Shown: positions 8,844-18,715, counted from the first letter of the stretch. The stretch: 28,291 bases of DNA from Candidatus Altiarchaeota archaeon (GCA_043813075.1 JBDRLL010000028.1:1-28291); one strand, 5' to 3'. The notes: a model not told the origin generated them from the letters alone. Numbers and translations are program-made.

Positions 8844-9127
8844 TTCCTAACGTACCTCGACTTCATCCTAACCCACTCGTCGTCCATGCTTAGATCGTAA
8901 TGGTTGGCCATCTTCAGCGTCAAGTATAGTATGTCGGTAAGCTCCTCAGCAACCCTAGCGGGGCTGAATTCCTCATCGCTCTTGTAACCATCCTCCAACA
9001 GCATCTGGTTGGACAACTCCCCCAGCTCCTCCTGAATGTGCATTAGGGTCTGGTAGGGTTTGTCGATCCACCCCTTCTCCTCGTCCAAATCCCTTACCTG
9101 CCTCTGAAGATCCATCAACGCCGCCAT
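8840..9127 (-). CDS. MazG-like nucleotide pyrophosphohydrolase
   Basis: EELGEL...EELTDIL acidic helical motifs of all-alpha NTP-PPases; ATGA overlap with the trpS start. Confidence 0.88.
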   Translation of the reverse strand: MAALMDLQRQVRDLDEEKGWIDKPYQTLMHIQEELGELSNQMLLEDGYKSDEEFSPARVAEELTDILYLTLKMANHYDLSMDDEWVRMKSRYVRK

Positions 9128-9209
9128 ATATAAGATATTTGTGTATTATTTAGAATATATAGTTGGGTGGGATAGAGTGTATTCTCTGGATGCTCTAGAG
9201 AGGGGGTAT

Positions 9210-10343
9210 ATGAAGTTGCGTTATTTTCTGGAAGCACAAGAAAGGGAGTACATTAGATTATACCCCATAATCAGGTTCATACTAGCATGGTTCATATCCA
9301 CAAGGATTATGTTGAGTGTTATAGGAACCTGGTCCCGCATAATATTCCATAAGACGACCAGAACATACTCCCAACACGTTTGGCTCGACATCTGGGGAGT
9401 GTGGGACTCGAAATGGTATTTGGACATAGCGAAAAACGGGTATAGCCTTGCGGTAAGAGACCGTTTCGGGTCTGTGAACGTCGCATTCTTCCCATTCTAC
9501 TCCACGCTAATCAAGCTTCTGGAACGCCTGGTGGGGGACTACTTTATCTCCGGGCTAATCATCTCCAACATATGCCTGATCATAGCATGCATCTTCCTGT
9601 ACAAGCTATCCAGGCTAGACTACGACGAGGAGACTGCATTAAACTCAGTCAAATACCTGTTCCTATTCCCGACAGCATTCATCTATTCAGGAGTCTTCAC
9701 GGAGTCGACATACCTCGCGCTAGTCCTAACGTGCATGTACTATGCCAGAAGAGAAAAATGGGTTATAGTAGGAGTATTAGGGTACTTCACGGCGTTAACA
9801 AAAGCATTTGGCGTCCTCATCATCCTGCCACTACTCTACGAATACTTTAAGTCGATAGGATTCGACTGGCGGAAGATTCGGAAAAACATTCTGCTAATGG
9901 CTTTAATACCGCTGGGACTGTCAACCCTCATGTACTACCACCACCAAACATTCGACAAGCCGATCGTATTCATGGAAGTACAATCCACATGGGGGCGGCA
10001 TCTCGCCAACCCGTTAACGACACTGGCCGCAGAACTGAAGTCCAAGGATGAGGTAAGACGCTTTGAATCCTACTTCTGGATAGCGACCATGCTGATTTTA
10101 ATATCCTTCTGGAGGAAAATCCGGTTTTCATACCTCATATTATCGATGTATACGCTAGTGGGGCCCCTAATCACTGGGACGGTGTGGAGTATGCCGAGAT
10201 TCGCACTGGTCGTATTCCCGATGTACATGATATTCGCGATAATATCGAGGGGAAGACGAATGGAGGCCATACTAGCAACATCCATGCTGCTACAAGGGTT
10301 CCTGATGGGCTTGTGGGCCATAGGATTAAGGATAATAGTATGA
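9210..10343 (+). CDS. PIG-V-like (Mannosyl_trans2) GT-C mannosyltransferase
   Basis: WDSKWYLDIAKNGY, AFFPFY, LFLFPTAF...TES, Q..WGR and SMPRF motifs; multiple TM helices. Start placed at ATG 9210 after GAGAGGGGG; ORF track start is 9141. Confidence 0.85.
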   Translation: MKLRYFLEAQEREYIRLYPIIRFILAWFISTRIMLSVIGTWSRIIFHKTTRTYSQHVWLDIWGVWDSKWYLDIAKNGYSLAVRDRFGSVNVAFFPFYSTLIKLLERLVGDYFISGLIISNICLIIACIFLYKLSRLDYDEETALNSVKYLFLFPTAFIYSGVFTESTYLALVLTCMYYARREKWVIVGVLGYFTALTKAFGVLIILPLLYEYFKSIGFDWRKIRKNILLMALIPLGLSTLMYYHHQTFDKPIVFMEVQSTWGRHLANPLTTLAAELKSKDEVRRFESYFWIATMLILISFWRKIRFSYLILSMYTLVGPLITGTVWSMPRFALVVFPMYMIFAIISRGRRMEAILATSMLLQGFLMGLWAIGLRIIV

Positions 10344-10347
10344 GAAT

Positions 10348-11538
10348 ATGGAGACGGACATAGAACATGCGGTCGGCCTTGAGGGATACTACACCAAGTC
10401 CCAGGGAGTCGGCGGTATTATAAAGCAGGATGCGGGAGACTTCATAGTCGAAGAGATAGACGCGGGAGGGCGGATCATACCGGTTGAGGGTGACTTCCCA
10501 GGAGACAATGTTCCTGGCGAATACACCGTGTTCACGCTCGTCAAGAAGAATTGGGATACTGTGAGGGCCATCAAGGAGATATCACGGCGGGTGGGTGTAA
10601 GCCAGCGGAGATTAGGTTTCGCAGGGACTAAAGACAAGAAGGCTGTTACCACACAGAGGGTTTCAATATACAAGACCAGCATAGAAAAACTTCGTGACGT
10701 GTCAATCAAAGACGTCACACTCAAAGACTTCGGATATGCTGACGACTCGATAGGCCTCGGAGACCTGACTGGCAACACGTTCACAGTCACTATAAGGATG
10801 ATAAACCCGGAAGTCGGAGACCCTGCTGGAAGAATCAACGGAGTATACGGTGAATGCGGGGGAGTATTCCCAAACTACTATGGAATACAGCGGTTCGGGA
10901 GCGTGAGGCCAATAACGCACCTGGTGGGCAGGGAGATAATCAAGGGGGACTTGAAGTCCGCGGTCATGACGTACCTGACAATGGTTTTTGAGGGGGAGTC
11001 TGCGGAGAAGAAGAATGTTAGGGGAAGGCTCGCTGAGAGTGAGGACTTTAAGGCAGCTTTAGTGGAGTATCCGAAAGACTTGGGTTATGAGAAGATACTG
11101 CTCAACCATCTCGTAGAGAAGCCGGGAGACTATGCGGGCGCCATAAGGAGGATGCCAAAAAGCCTTCAGATGATGTTCGTGCACGCCTACCAGAGCTACG
11201 TCTTCAACAAGGCGTTGAGCTCATGCCTGGAGAAAGGGTTGAACGTCGAGAGCCTGCCCCTGGTTGGAGTGGATACGGGAGTTGACGAGGAGAGCGCGAG
11301 GATACTAGAGGAAGACGGGCTGACTACGGAGGACTTCAGGGTGAGGGAGATGCCGGAGCTGTCGAGCAGGGGGGAATACAGGAAATGCTTCGAGATGGCT
11401 GATGAATTCAAGGTGGTTGAATCAGGGATGGACGAACTCAACGAAGGTTTCCTTAAGGCGACACTATCATTCAGGCTAACCAAGGGATGCTATGCCACAG
11501 TATTCCTGAGGGAAGTGATGAAAAACCATGTTCACTGA
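10348..11538 (+). CDS. truD: tRNA pseudouridine(13) synthase TruD/Pus7
   Basis: DFIVEEI, GFAGTKDKKAVTTQ (catalytic Asp), LGDLTGNTF, PNYYGIQRFG, HAYQSYVFN and F.L.KGCYAT..LRE. Confidence 0.96.
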   Translation: METDIEHAVGLEGYYTKSQGVGGIIKQDAGDFIVEEIDAGGRIIPVEGDFPGDNVPGEYTVFTLVKKNWDTVRAIKEISRRVGVSQRRLGFAGTKDKKAVTTQRVSIYKTSIEKLRDVSIKDVTLKDFGYADDSIGLGDLTGNTFTVTIRMINPEVGDPAGRINGVYGECGGVFPNYYGIQRFGSVRPITHLVGREIIKGDLKSAVMTYLTMVFEGESAEKKNVRGRLAESEDFKAALVEYPKDLGYEKILLNHLVEKPGDYAGAIRRMPKSLQMMFVHAYQSYVFNKALSSCLEKGLNVESLPLVGVDTGVDEESARILEEDGLTTEDFRVREMPELSSRGEYRKCFEMADEFKVVESGMDELNEGFLKATLSFRLTKGCYATVFLREVMKNHVH

Positions 11539-12806
11539 AGACCCGCTTCACTAAGCCATGCCCTACCCTTCCCGACAACCTCTTTGAGGCGCTCACTGTC
11601 CCTGGCTTCCGCCGTAATCCTCATGTAAGGCTCAGTACCGGAAGGCCGTATAAGAATCCACGCGTCATCCCACTGGACTCTGACGCCGTCCACTGTAGTG
11701 TATTCCGAGTCGATGACCGTGGTTAGTTTCCCCATTACAACAGCCTTATCTCCCTCAGCACAGGGTATCTTAACGCGCTCTACAGGATATGACGGTATCC
11801 CAGATAATATGTCGTAGAAACTGCCTTCCGAAACCATGCTGACCGTCTTAGCCACAGTGGCAACACCATCAGGGTATATGTGTATGTCCGGGAAGATGTA
11901 GGTCCCTGAAGGCTCCCCGCCGAAGCCTGCCTTGTTCTCCCGTATGCCCTCCGCGACCGCGACGTCTCCGACTGGGACGCGGATGACCTCACCACACACC
12001 TCTTCAACACGCATGCTCGCGTCAACCGTTGTGACAACCCGGTCAAGACCATACGCCAGCACAGCCAAAAACGAGTCCCATTCGACAAGCCTGCCTCCAG
12101 AGTCTATGGCAGCGGTCCTGTCAGCGTCACCATCATGGGCGAACGCTATGTCATAGCCGCCTTCACGCACCATCCTGCATGTCTCGGCCAGATTGGATTC
12201 TGTGGGCTCTAGTGGATGCGGGAATACTCCGTCCGTATTGTCGTTGACGACGGTAACATTACACCCCATTCCTTCAAGCAGTCCTGGCGTTATGGAGGAG
12301 CCGCTTCCCCCAGCACAATCAAGGAGCACGTTAACCCCGTCAGCCGCACCAACGTGCCCGAGTATCAGGTCGATATGCCGCCCAACATAGTCTCCGCTAA
12401 CCTCACTCCCATAACCCTTCCTGAACACTCTCCCCTCAAAAACATCCTCCAGATTCTTCTCTTCCCCAGGCCGGAATGCACCGTCCCTACTCCAGAACTT
12501 GAAGCCGTTATAATCAGGGGGATTGTGGGATGCCGTGACCATGACGCCGACGCCATAATCTGACGTCGCCACGCCGACAGTGGGTGTCGAAACAACACCC
12601 AACTCCACCACATTACAGCCAGTCGATAGTATGCCTGAAACCAGGGAGCTCTCAAGTAGAGGCCCTGAACTCCGGGTGTCCCTGCCCACGGCGACGGTGC
12701 CAAACCCTGTCGTAGTGCCCAACGCCTGGCCCATCCTGACCGCGAATTCTGGCGGAAGCTCCGAAACCTTGCGGCGAATACCTGAAGTACCGAATAAACC
12801 ACACAT
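11532..12806 (-). CDS. glmM: Alpha-D-phosphohexomutase (phosphoglucosamine mutase / PMM-PGM family)
   Basis: LFGTSGIR, TASHNP (catalytic Ser), DGDADR, GGEPSG and IRPSGTEP; GGAGG RBS. Substrate specificity is not certain from motifs. Confidence 0.85.
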   Translation of the reverse strand: MCGLFGTSGIRRKVSELPPEFAVRMGQALGTTTGFGTVAVGRDTRSSGPLLESSLVSGILSTGCNVVELGVVSTPTVGVATSDYGVGVMVTASHNPPDYNGFKFWSRDGAFRPGEEKNLEDVFEGRVFRKGYGSEVSGDYVGRHIDLILGHVGAADGVNVLLDCAGGSGSSITPGLLEGMGCNVTVVNDNTDGVFPHPLEPTESNLAETCRMVREGGYDIAFAHDGDADRTAAIDSGGRLVEWDSFLAVLAYGLDRVVTTVDASMRVEEVCGEVIRVPVGDVAVAEGIRENKAGFGGEPSGTYIFPDIHIYPDGVATVAKTVSMVSEGSFYDILSGIPSYPVERVKIPCAEGDKAVVMGKLTTVIDSEYTTVDGVRVQWDDAWILIRPSGTEPYMRITAEARDSERLKEVVGKGRAWLSEAGLQ

Positions 12807-12908
12807 CCTATATTATCCTCCGGTAGTATATTAGAAACACCGCAGTTATGAATGAGAATGTACGCGAGAAAAGCAGTACACCATAACCTATGAATGCGTC
12901 TAACACCA

Positions 12909-13847
12909 TCACTTGAGAAGTGTTAGCCTGGCCAGCAGGGCTTCAAGCTGTATCCTCTCGTTAGCCCCCTCAACAAGGGTGAAGTTCGCCTCGCCAACCA
13001 AGTCGATTATGCACACCTTCTTCTTGTCGTCAGCATCCAAGTTGAATGCCTCGCGGTTCATCTGCAAGAGTATGTCCTCTCCAGAGAGGCCGTAGTTGAG
13101 CATGAGCTCATCGAGAATCTTCCGCGCATCAATGAATTTCCCCGCCAACGCGGTGGCCATGAGATTCTTTATGTCTTCCGGACGGGCCCGGGTGGTTATG
13201 GAGTAGACGTTTTCATCGTTAACCTCCCCCAATGCCGCGGCACTCTGGAGTATGTTTATCGCACGGCGTATATCACCCTCCGAAACGTAGAGTATCGCAT
13301 CAATGCCCTTAGCGTCTGACTTGACGCCCTCCTTCTTCAGTATTTCAAGCAGGTGCTTCTTGACCTTGTCGGAAGGAACCCTTGTGAAGCGGAATATGGC
13401 GCACCTGCTCTGCAGGGGCTCTATTATCTTGCTGGAATAATTGCAGCTCAATATGAACCTGCAGGTCGTGGTGTAACGCTCCATCGTACGGCGCAAAGCA
13501 TTCTGAGCATCGGATGTGAGGGAATCAGACTCATCGAGGAAGATTATCTTAAAGTCACCGGACAAAGGCTTGGTCCTAGCGAAATCCTTTATCTTGCTCC
13601 GCACGACGTCGATGCCACGCTCGTCGCTCGCATTCAACTCCAGGAAATCATAGCCCAACTCACCGAACAACTCACGGGCAATACAAGTGGCTGCCGTAGT
13701 CTTGCCAACGCCCGCCGGCCCCGCGAACATCAAGTGCGGCATGCTCCTAGACTTCACGTAAGCCTGAAGACGGTCCACCGCAGAATCCTGGCCCACAATA
13801 TCCGCAAGCTTCTGTGGCCGATATTTCTCAGTCCAAGGTAATTCCAT
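12909..13847 (-). CDS. rfcS: Replication factor C small subunit
   Basis: PWTEKYRP, GPAGVGKTT (Walker A), ELNASDERGIDVVR, LDESD, AQNALRRTME and QSRC; no intein. Confidence 0.97.
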   Translation of the reverse strand: MELPWTEKYRPQKLADIVGQDSAVDRLQAYVKSRSMPHLMFAGPAGVGKTTAATCIARELFGELGYDFLELNASDERGIDVVRSKIKDFARTKPLSGDFKIIFLDESDSLTSDAQNALRRTMERYTTTCRFILSCNYSSKIIEPLQSRCAIFRFTRVPSDKVKKHLLEILKKEGVKSDAKGIDAILYVSEGDIRRAINILQSAAALGEVNDENVYSITTRARPEDIKNLMATALAGKFIDARKILDELMLNYGLSGEDILLQMNREAFNLDADDKKKVCIIDLVGEANFTLVEGANERIQLEALLARLTLLK

Positions 13848-14031
13848 TCTCAGAGTATCTAATTGGATTGCCTGAATAAAACCGATATAGGCTATAGAAT
13901 ATGGTAGTTGATGATATTATAAAAATTCGCTGGATGCATACAGATAGATGGTAAAACAAGGCTGAGACATTAATAAAAAACGTTATCCAAATGAATAGGC
14001 ATAACAGGACGATAATCACGGGGTATATGAG
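13848..14031. promoter_or_regulatory. Divergent promoter region rfcS/ileS (largest intergenic gap, 184 bp)
   Basis: AT-rich, with TATA-like TATTATAAAA (13915-13924) and ATTAATAAAA (13969-13978). Confidence 0.5.
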
Positions 14032-17000
14032 ATGGCTGTAGGGCAGGTTGGGGAATACAATCCAGTCGAGCTGGAAGAGAGGATACTCGCATACTGGAAG
14101 CAGAACAAGGTTATGGAGGAGACCCTCAGCCGGCATGAAGGCAGGAAGCTGTTCTCCTTCCTGGAAGGCCCTCCGACAGCCAACGCCCCGCCCGCACTCC
14201 ACCACGTGGAAGTGCGAGTCTTCAAGGACCTGGTGAACAGATTCCACTACATGAGGGGGTATGACGTACCCCGGAAGGCGGGATGGGATTGCCATGGGCT
14301 GCCTGTGGAAGTGCAGGTGGAGAAGGAGCTGGGCTTGAAGAGCAAGAAGGATATTTTAGACTATGGTGTAGACAAGTTCGTGGAAAAATGCAGGGACAGC
14401 GTCTTCAGCCACATAAAGGAGTGGGACGCCCTCACAGAGAGGATGGCGTACTGGATAGACTTAGGGAGGCCGTACGTCACCATGGACAACGACTACATAG
14501 AGAGCGTCTGGTGGTCCCTCAAGCAGCTATGGGATAAGAAGCTGCTGTATGAAGGATACCGTGTCGTCCCATACTGCGCGAGATGCGGGACTCCGCTGTC
14601 AAGCCATGAGGTTGCGCAGGGATACAAGAACGTTAAGGAGACGACCGTTATAGTCGCATTCAGGGCTAAGGACAAGGACTACAGCCTGCTCGCGTGGACT
14701 ACAACACCTTGGACCCTGTTGTCTAACCTTGCTCTCGCAGTCAATCCGGAAGTGGATTACGTCACCATAAAGCATCACGGCGAAAAATACGTCCTAGCCA
14801 AAAGCATAGCTGAAACACGATTCAAGGATGCTGAAGTGATAGGTGAATTCAAGGGTAAGGAGCTTGTTGGCGTGGAATACCACCCATTGTTCAGCCACTT
14901 CATCGGAAAACTAGAAAAACCCGCGTGGCGGGTCATAACGGGAGGATTCGTTACTACTGAGGAGGGTACGGGCATCGTCCACATCGCACCCGCCTTCGGT
15001 GAAGACGACTACAACGTGGGGCTTGAAAACGACCTGCCGCTAGTCAACCCCATAGAAGACGACGGGAAGTTCGGGGAAGCCATACCAGAGTTGAAGGGGG
15101 TTTTCGCCAAGGACGCTGACGAGAGGATAATCCAGATGCTTGATGACATGGGCCTGCTGGTGGCGAAATACCCGTACGAGCACGACTACCCGTTCTGCTG
15201 GAGGTGCAAGACACCACTACTCTACTATGCAATGAAATCCTGGTTCATAAGGGTAAGCTCGCTGACAGACAAGCTGCTGGAGAAGAACAACGAGATAAGC
15301 TGGTATCCGGAACACATAAGGGAAGGCAGGTTCGGGAACTGGGTCGCCAACGCCCGTGACTGGGGGCTGTCGAGGAACCGGTTCTGGGGCACACCCCTCC
15401 CCATATGGAAGTGCGTTGAATGTGGTGAAACCCAGGCCATAGGATCCAGGAAAGAACTGAAGGAAAAGGCTATTGTGGATGTGGGCGACGACATAGACCT
15501 GCACAGGCCGCACGTCGACGGGATCGTCTTTAAATGCGGTTGCGGCGGAGAGATGAGGAGGGTTGAATATGTGATAGACTGCTGGTATGATTCCGGCTCC
15601 GCGACATACGCGCAACTACACTACCCGTTCGAGAACAAAAAGCTATTCAACGAGTACTCACCCTACGACTTCATTTCAGAGGCGACAGACCAGACGCGCG
15701 GCTGGTTCTACACGCTCCTAGTCCTGTCTGCCATACTCTTCGACAAGCCAGCATACCGGAAATGTGTCGTGGGAGGGCTTCTGCTGGACGACAACGGGGA
15801 GAAGATGAGCAAGAGCAACAGCAACATCATAGACCCGTGGGAGCTGTTCAACAAGACGGGCGCCGACGCAGTCAGACTGCAGATGTGCTCGCAGGCACCG
15901 TGGAACGCCAGGAGATTCGGTGCAGAAAGCATGGGGGAGATGGTGCTGCCACTGCTCAGGACCCTATGGAACTGCTACCACTTCACTGTCAGATACATGA
16001 TGCTAGACGACTTCGACCCCAGACAACACGAAATCACGGAGTGCAATCTAGAGCTTGAGGACGACTGGATACTGAACGCGACAAACCAGACCATATCTAA
16101 TGTGACAAAAAACCTTAACGACAACAACTTCCACACCGCACTATATGAGATAAACAACCACATAGTGGAAGACCTGTCGCGATGGTACATAAAGCTAATA
16201 AGAGACAGGCTATGGCTCGAAGACAAAGAAGGGGGCATAAACCCCTCGAAGAAGGCGGCCTACATGACCCTCAGCAAAGTCTTCGAGAAGACTTGCCTTA
16301 TGATGGCGCCGCTCGCGCCATTCATCACAGAGGAGATTTACCAGAACCTCCTGAAGAAAGACGTTGCAAGCATACACCACATGCCATGGCCTATGCCGGA
16401 GGAAGTGGATGATGGGATGATCTCTGGCATGAACACGGCCAGGAAGATTGTGGAGGCAGGCAGCAACTGCAGGCAGCAGGCGGGCATAAAACTGAGATAC
16501 CCCATAGCAAAGGCGACGATAGTCGGCGGTGAGAAGATAAGGGAGGCTGTGGAGTCTATGAGGGAGGTGGTGTCCAAGCAACTAAACGCCAAGGAGGTAG
16601 AATACGTCAATGAGATGAGGGGGGTGAGATACATCGCCTCCCCAGACTACAGCAGGATAGGGCCGGAATATGGGGGCAAAGCGAATCAGGTGGCGGAGGC
16701 CATAAGGAAAAACCCACTGGAAGCCAAGAGCATACTGGAGGGGGGCGATGCATCGGACATGGGGGGTTTCAAGGTTACTGCAGACATGATATCAGAGGTT
16801 AGGATAGAGGTTCCTGAGAGATACAAGGCCAGTGAATTCAAGTCAGGAGACCATAATGGGATAGTGTTCATAGAGACGGAACGCAGCCAAAGCCTGTTAA
16901 ACGAGGCTCTTGCAAGGGACTTAATCAGGAACATACAGGAGTTGAGGAAGAAGAACAACCTGGAGGAAATGCAGCGGATAAACGTGAAAGCCTCGAAAAC

Positions 17001-17148
17001 AGGTGATATGGAGGCTATGATGTCTGAATTCGAGGGTTTGGTGCTTAGTGAGACCCGGTGTGATGCCATAGAGCTCGTGGAAGGGCTTGAGACAGGCCAC
17101 GGATTCACATATGAAGGCTCTAAGATAGGTGTTGAAATCTCTTTTTAA
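14032..17148 (+). CDS. ileS: Isoleucine--tRNA ligase, type 2, with non-canonical ALHH signature
   Basis: EGPPTAN..ALHH, GWDCHGLPVE, WTTTPWTL and GTGIVH (CP1 editing domain), DWGLSRNRFWGTPLP, DQTRGWF, KMSKS and WYIKLIRDR. Confidence 0.97.
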   Translation: MAVGQVGEYNPVELEERILAYWKQNKVMEETLSRHEGRKLFSFLEGPPTANAPPALHHVEVRVFKDLVNRFHYMRGYDVPRKAGWDCHGLPVEVQVEKELGLKSKKDILDYGVDKFVEKCRDSVFSHIKEWDALTERMAYWIDLGRPYVTMDNDYIESVWWSLKQLWDKKLLYEGYRVVPYCARCGTPLSSHEVAQGYKNVKETTVIVAFRAKDKDYSLLAWTTTPWTLLSNLALAVNPEVDYVTIKHHGEKYVLAKSIAETRFKDAEVIGEFKGKELVGVEYHPLFSHFIGKLEKPAWRVITGGFVTTEEGTGIVHIAPAFGEDDYNVGLENDLPLVNPIEDDGKFGEAIPELKGVFAKDADERIIQMLDDMGLLVAKYPYEHDYPFCWRCKTPLLYYAMKSWFIRVSSLTDKLLEKNNEISWYPEHIREGRFGNWVANARDWGLSRNRFWGTPLPIWKCVECGETQAIGSRKELKEKAIVDVGDDIDLHRPHVDGIVFKCGCGGEMRRVEYVIDCWYDSGSATYAQLHYPFENKKLFNEYSPYDFISEATDQTRGWFYTLLVLSAILFDKPAYRKCVVGGLLLDDNGEKMSKSNSNIIDPWELFNKTGADAVRLQMCSQAPWNARRFGAESMGEMVLPLLRTLWNCYHFTVRYMMLDDFDPRQHEITECNLELEDDWILNATNQTISNVTKNLNDNNFHTALYEINNHIVEDLSRWYIKLIRDRLWLEDKEGGINPSKKAAYMTLSKVFEKTCLMMAPLAPFITEEIYQNLLKKDVASIHHMPWPMPEEVDDGMISGMNTARKIVEAGSNCRQQAGIKLRYPIAKATIVGGEKIREAVESMREVVSKQLNAKEVEYVNEMRGVRYIASPDYSRIGPEYGGKANQVAEAIRKNPLEAKSILEGGDASDMGGFKVTADMISEVRIEVPERYKASEFKSGDHNGIVFIETERSQSLLNEALARDLIRNIQELRKKNNLEEMQRINVKASKTGDMEAMMSEFEGLVLSETRCDAIELVEGLETGHGFTYEGSKIGVEISF

Positions 17149-17160
17149 ATGAATACCTAC

Positions 17161-17170
17161 TATAATATAT
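17161..17170 (+). promoter_or_regulatory. Putative TATA box of the rpl21e operon
   Basis: TATAATATAT begins 31 nt upstream of the rpl21e ATG; no clear SD motif. Confidence 0.45.
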
Positions 17171-17191
17171 TCCTTTGACTATTGGGTTAAA

Positions 17192-17476
17192 ATGAAGGGT
17201 TCTAGCGGATATAGACGGCGCACGCGAAACCTTAAGGTAGGTTTGCGGGAGAGGGGGAAGGTTAAGATAAGGCGCAGGCTAACCGAGTTTGAGGAGAACC
17301 AGGATGTTTCTATAAAGATAGATCCAAGCTACCAGAAGATGCCGCACCCACGGTTCAAGGGCAGGACAGGGAAAGTAGTCGGCAGACAAGGCAGATCCTA
17401 CTTCGTCAAGATAATCGACGGGGGAAAGACAAAGAAGATACTGGTGCAGCCAGAGCACCTGAATAAAGTGGGGTAA
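17192..17476 (+). CDS. rpl21e: 50S ribosomal protein L21e
   Basis: S.GYRRRTR, IKIDPS, MPHPRFKGRTG.V...GR.Y and PEHL; conserved order rpl21e-rpoF-DUF655. Confidence 0.97.
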   Translation: MKGSSGYRRRTRNLKVGLRERGKVKIRRRLTEFEENQDVSIKIDPSYQKMPHPRFKGRTGKVVGRQGRSYFVKIIDGGKTKKILVQPEHLNKVG

Positions 17477-17480
17477 AGCA

Positions 17481-17825
17481 ATGGACGTTCTAGAAGAGAA
17501 GCCAGTGACACTGGCAACGGTAGAGTCGATACTCAAAAAGAAGGAGAAGGAGTATAAGGAGGGGGAGATAGAGCTTTCATACGAGCAGAGGAGGGCTCTA
17601 GAGCATTCATCCAAGTTCAAGCACCTGAACGTCAAGGACTCCGAGAAGCTGGGCAAGGAATTGGCAGGTGTCGGCCTGGACCTTAGTGAAGAGAGGGTGG
17701 TTAAGATAATAGACTTGATGCCTGAGACAGTGGATGATGTGAGGGCGATTTTCGCTAAAGAAAGGTTCAAGTACACTGAGGAAGACATCAAGAAGATAAC
17801 AGACCTTGTGGCACAATACCGCTAA
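17481..17825 (+). CDS. rpo4: DNA-directed RNA polymerase subunit Rpo4 (RpoF)
   Basis: LSYEQRRALEH..KF and VKIIDLMPET.DDVRAIF; syntenic position after rpl21e. Confidence 0.95.
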   Translation: MDVLEEKPVTLATVESILKKKEKEYKEGEIELSYEQRRALEHSSKFKHLNVKDSEKLGKELAGVGLDLSEERVVKIIDLMPETVDDVRAIFAKERFKYTEEDIKKITDLVAQYR

Positions 17826-17830
17826 AGGGG

Positions 17831-18406
17831 GTGGTGGCTTTGAAAAGAGACGATAACGTCAGAATACTGGATTATCTACCAAAAGGCAAGTCCGACGTGC
17901 CACCGCACAAGCGTAAGCCGGTGGCGCAAGCGGTTGGGACCAAATACTTCTCGCTGCTAGAGTTAAGCCCAAGAGAGGGTGTTACGCTGGAGCAGGGAGC
18001 CCCAGAATACATAGGGGAGGGGTCGAGGGAGAAGATAGACCACATAGAGAGGAGGATAAAATACGACTGGCTAACGCCAACTGCAAAGTCAGAGCTGCCG
18101 GTAGTGCTCACAGACATAGTCAATGAAGACGAGGAAAGGTTCATAAACTTCTACAACACCGCAGGGTCGATAAGCACCAGACAGCACAAGCTGGAATGCC
18201 TCCCGAAGATAGGCAAGAGACATAGGGAGGAGATACTGATGGAGAGGGAGATACAGCCGTTCAAAGACTTTGAGGACATGCGTTCACGAGTAAAAAACAC
18301 TCCAGACCCGGTCAAGGTCATAGTCGACAAGATAGTGGAAGAACTGAAGGGGGAAAGCAAATACTACCTGTTCGTGCCCTTATTCGAAGAAACGAGAAGA
18401 AGATAA
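17831..18406 (+). CDS. DUF655 family putative RNA-binding protein
   Basis: ILDYLP.G, AQAVG..YF.LLE, YIGEG.R.KI, F.N.A..IS.R.H.LE.LP.IGK (HhH) and PF..F; follows rpoF as in many archaea. Confidence 0.92.
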   Translation: MVALKRDDNVRILDYLPKGKSDVPPHKRKPVAQAVGTKYFSLLELSPREGVTLEQGAPEYIGEGSREKIDHIERRIKYDWLTPTAKSELPVVLTDIVNEDEERFINFYNTAGSISTRQHKLECLPKIGKRHREEILMEREIQPFKDFEDMRSRVKNTPDPVKVIVDKIVEELKGESKYYLFVPLFEETRRR

Positions 18407-18427
18407 AAAGCGCAGTTGGTTGGGGAG

Positions 18428-18715
18428 ATGCGAGACCGACATGAACCCGGAGACGACAACACAGTCTTCATAGGCAAGAAAGGGGTCATGAGCTATGTTC
18501 TAGCGGTTGTGACACAATTCAACAACGGACACCAAGATGTCATCATAAAGGCCAGGGGCCGCGCCATAAGCAGGGCTGTTGACGTCGCTGAGATAGTAAG
18601 GCAGAGGTTTGTGACTGACGCGAAGGTGGGTGACATAAGCATATCCACTGAGGAGATAGATGGTGAGGAAGGGCCAATAAAAGTCTCAGCGATAGGCATA
18701 ACACTGTCCAGATAG
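18428..18715 (+). CDS. albA: DNA/RNA-binding protein Alba
   Basis: [31 protein letters not shown] and VSAI.I.L. Start placed at ATG 18428; ORF track start is TTG 18416. Confidence 0.97.
   Translation: MRDRHEPGDDNTVFIGKKGVMSYVLAVVTQFNNGHQDVIIKARGRAISRAVDVAEIVRQRFVTDAKVGDISISTEEIDGEEGPIKVSAIGITLSR

Noticed and set aside
12909-13847. Intein in the RFC small subunit (a common archaeal insertion site)
   Set aside because: 312 aa, with continuous Walker A and downstream motifs; no insertion.
13848-14031. Replication origin next to rfcS
   Set aside because: No repeated ORB-like elements with G-strings and no cdc6/orc1 in the window; the AT richness is explained by divergent promoters.
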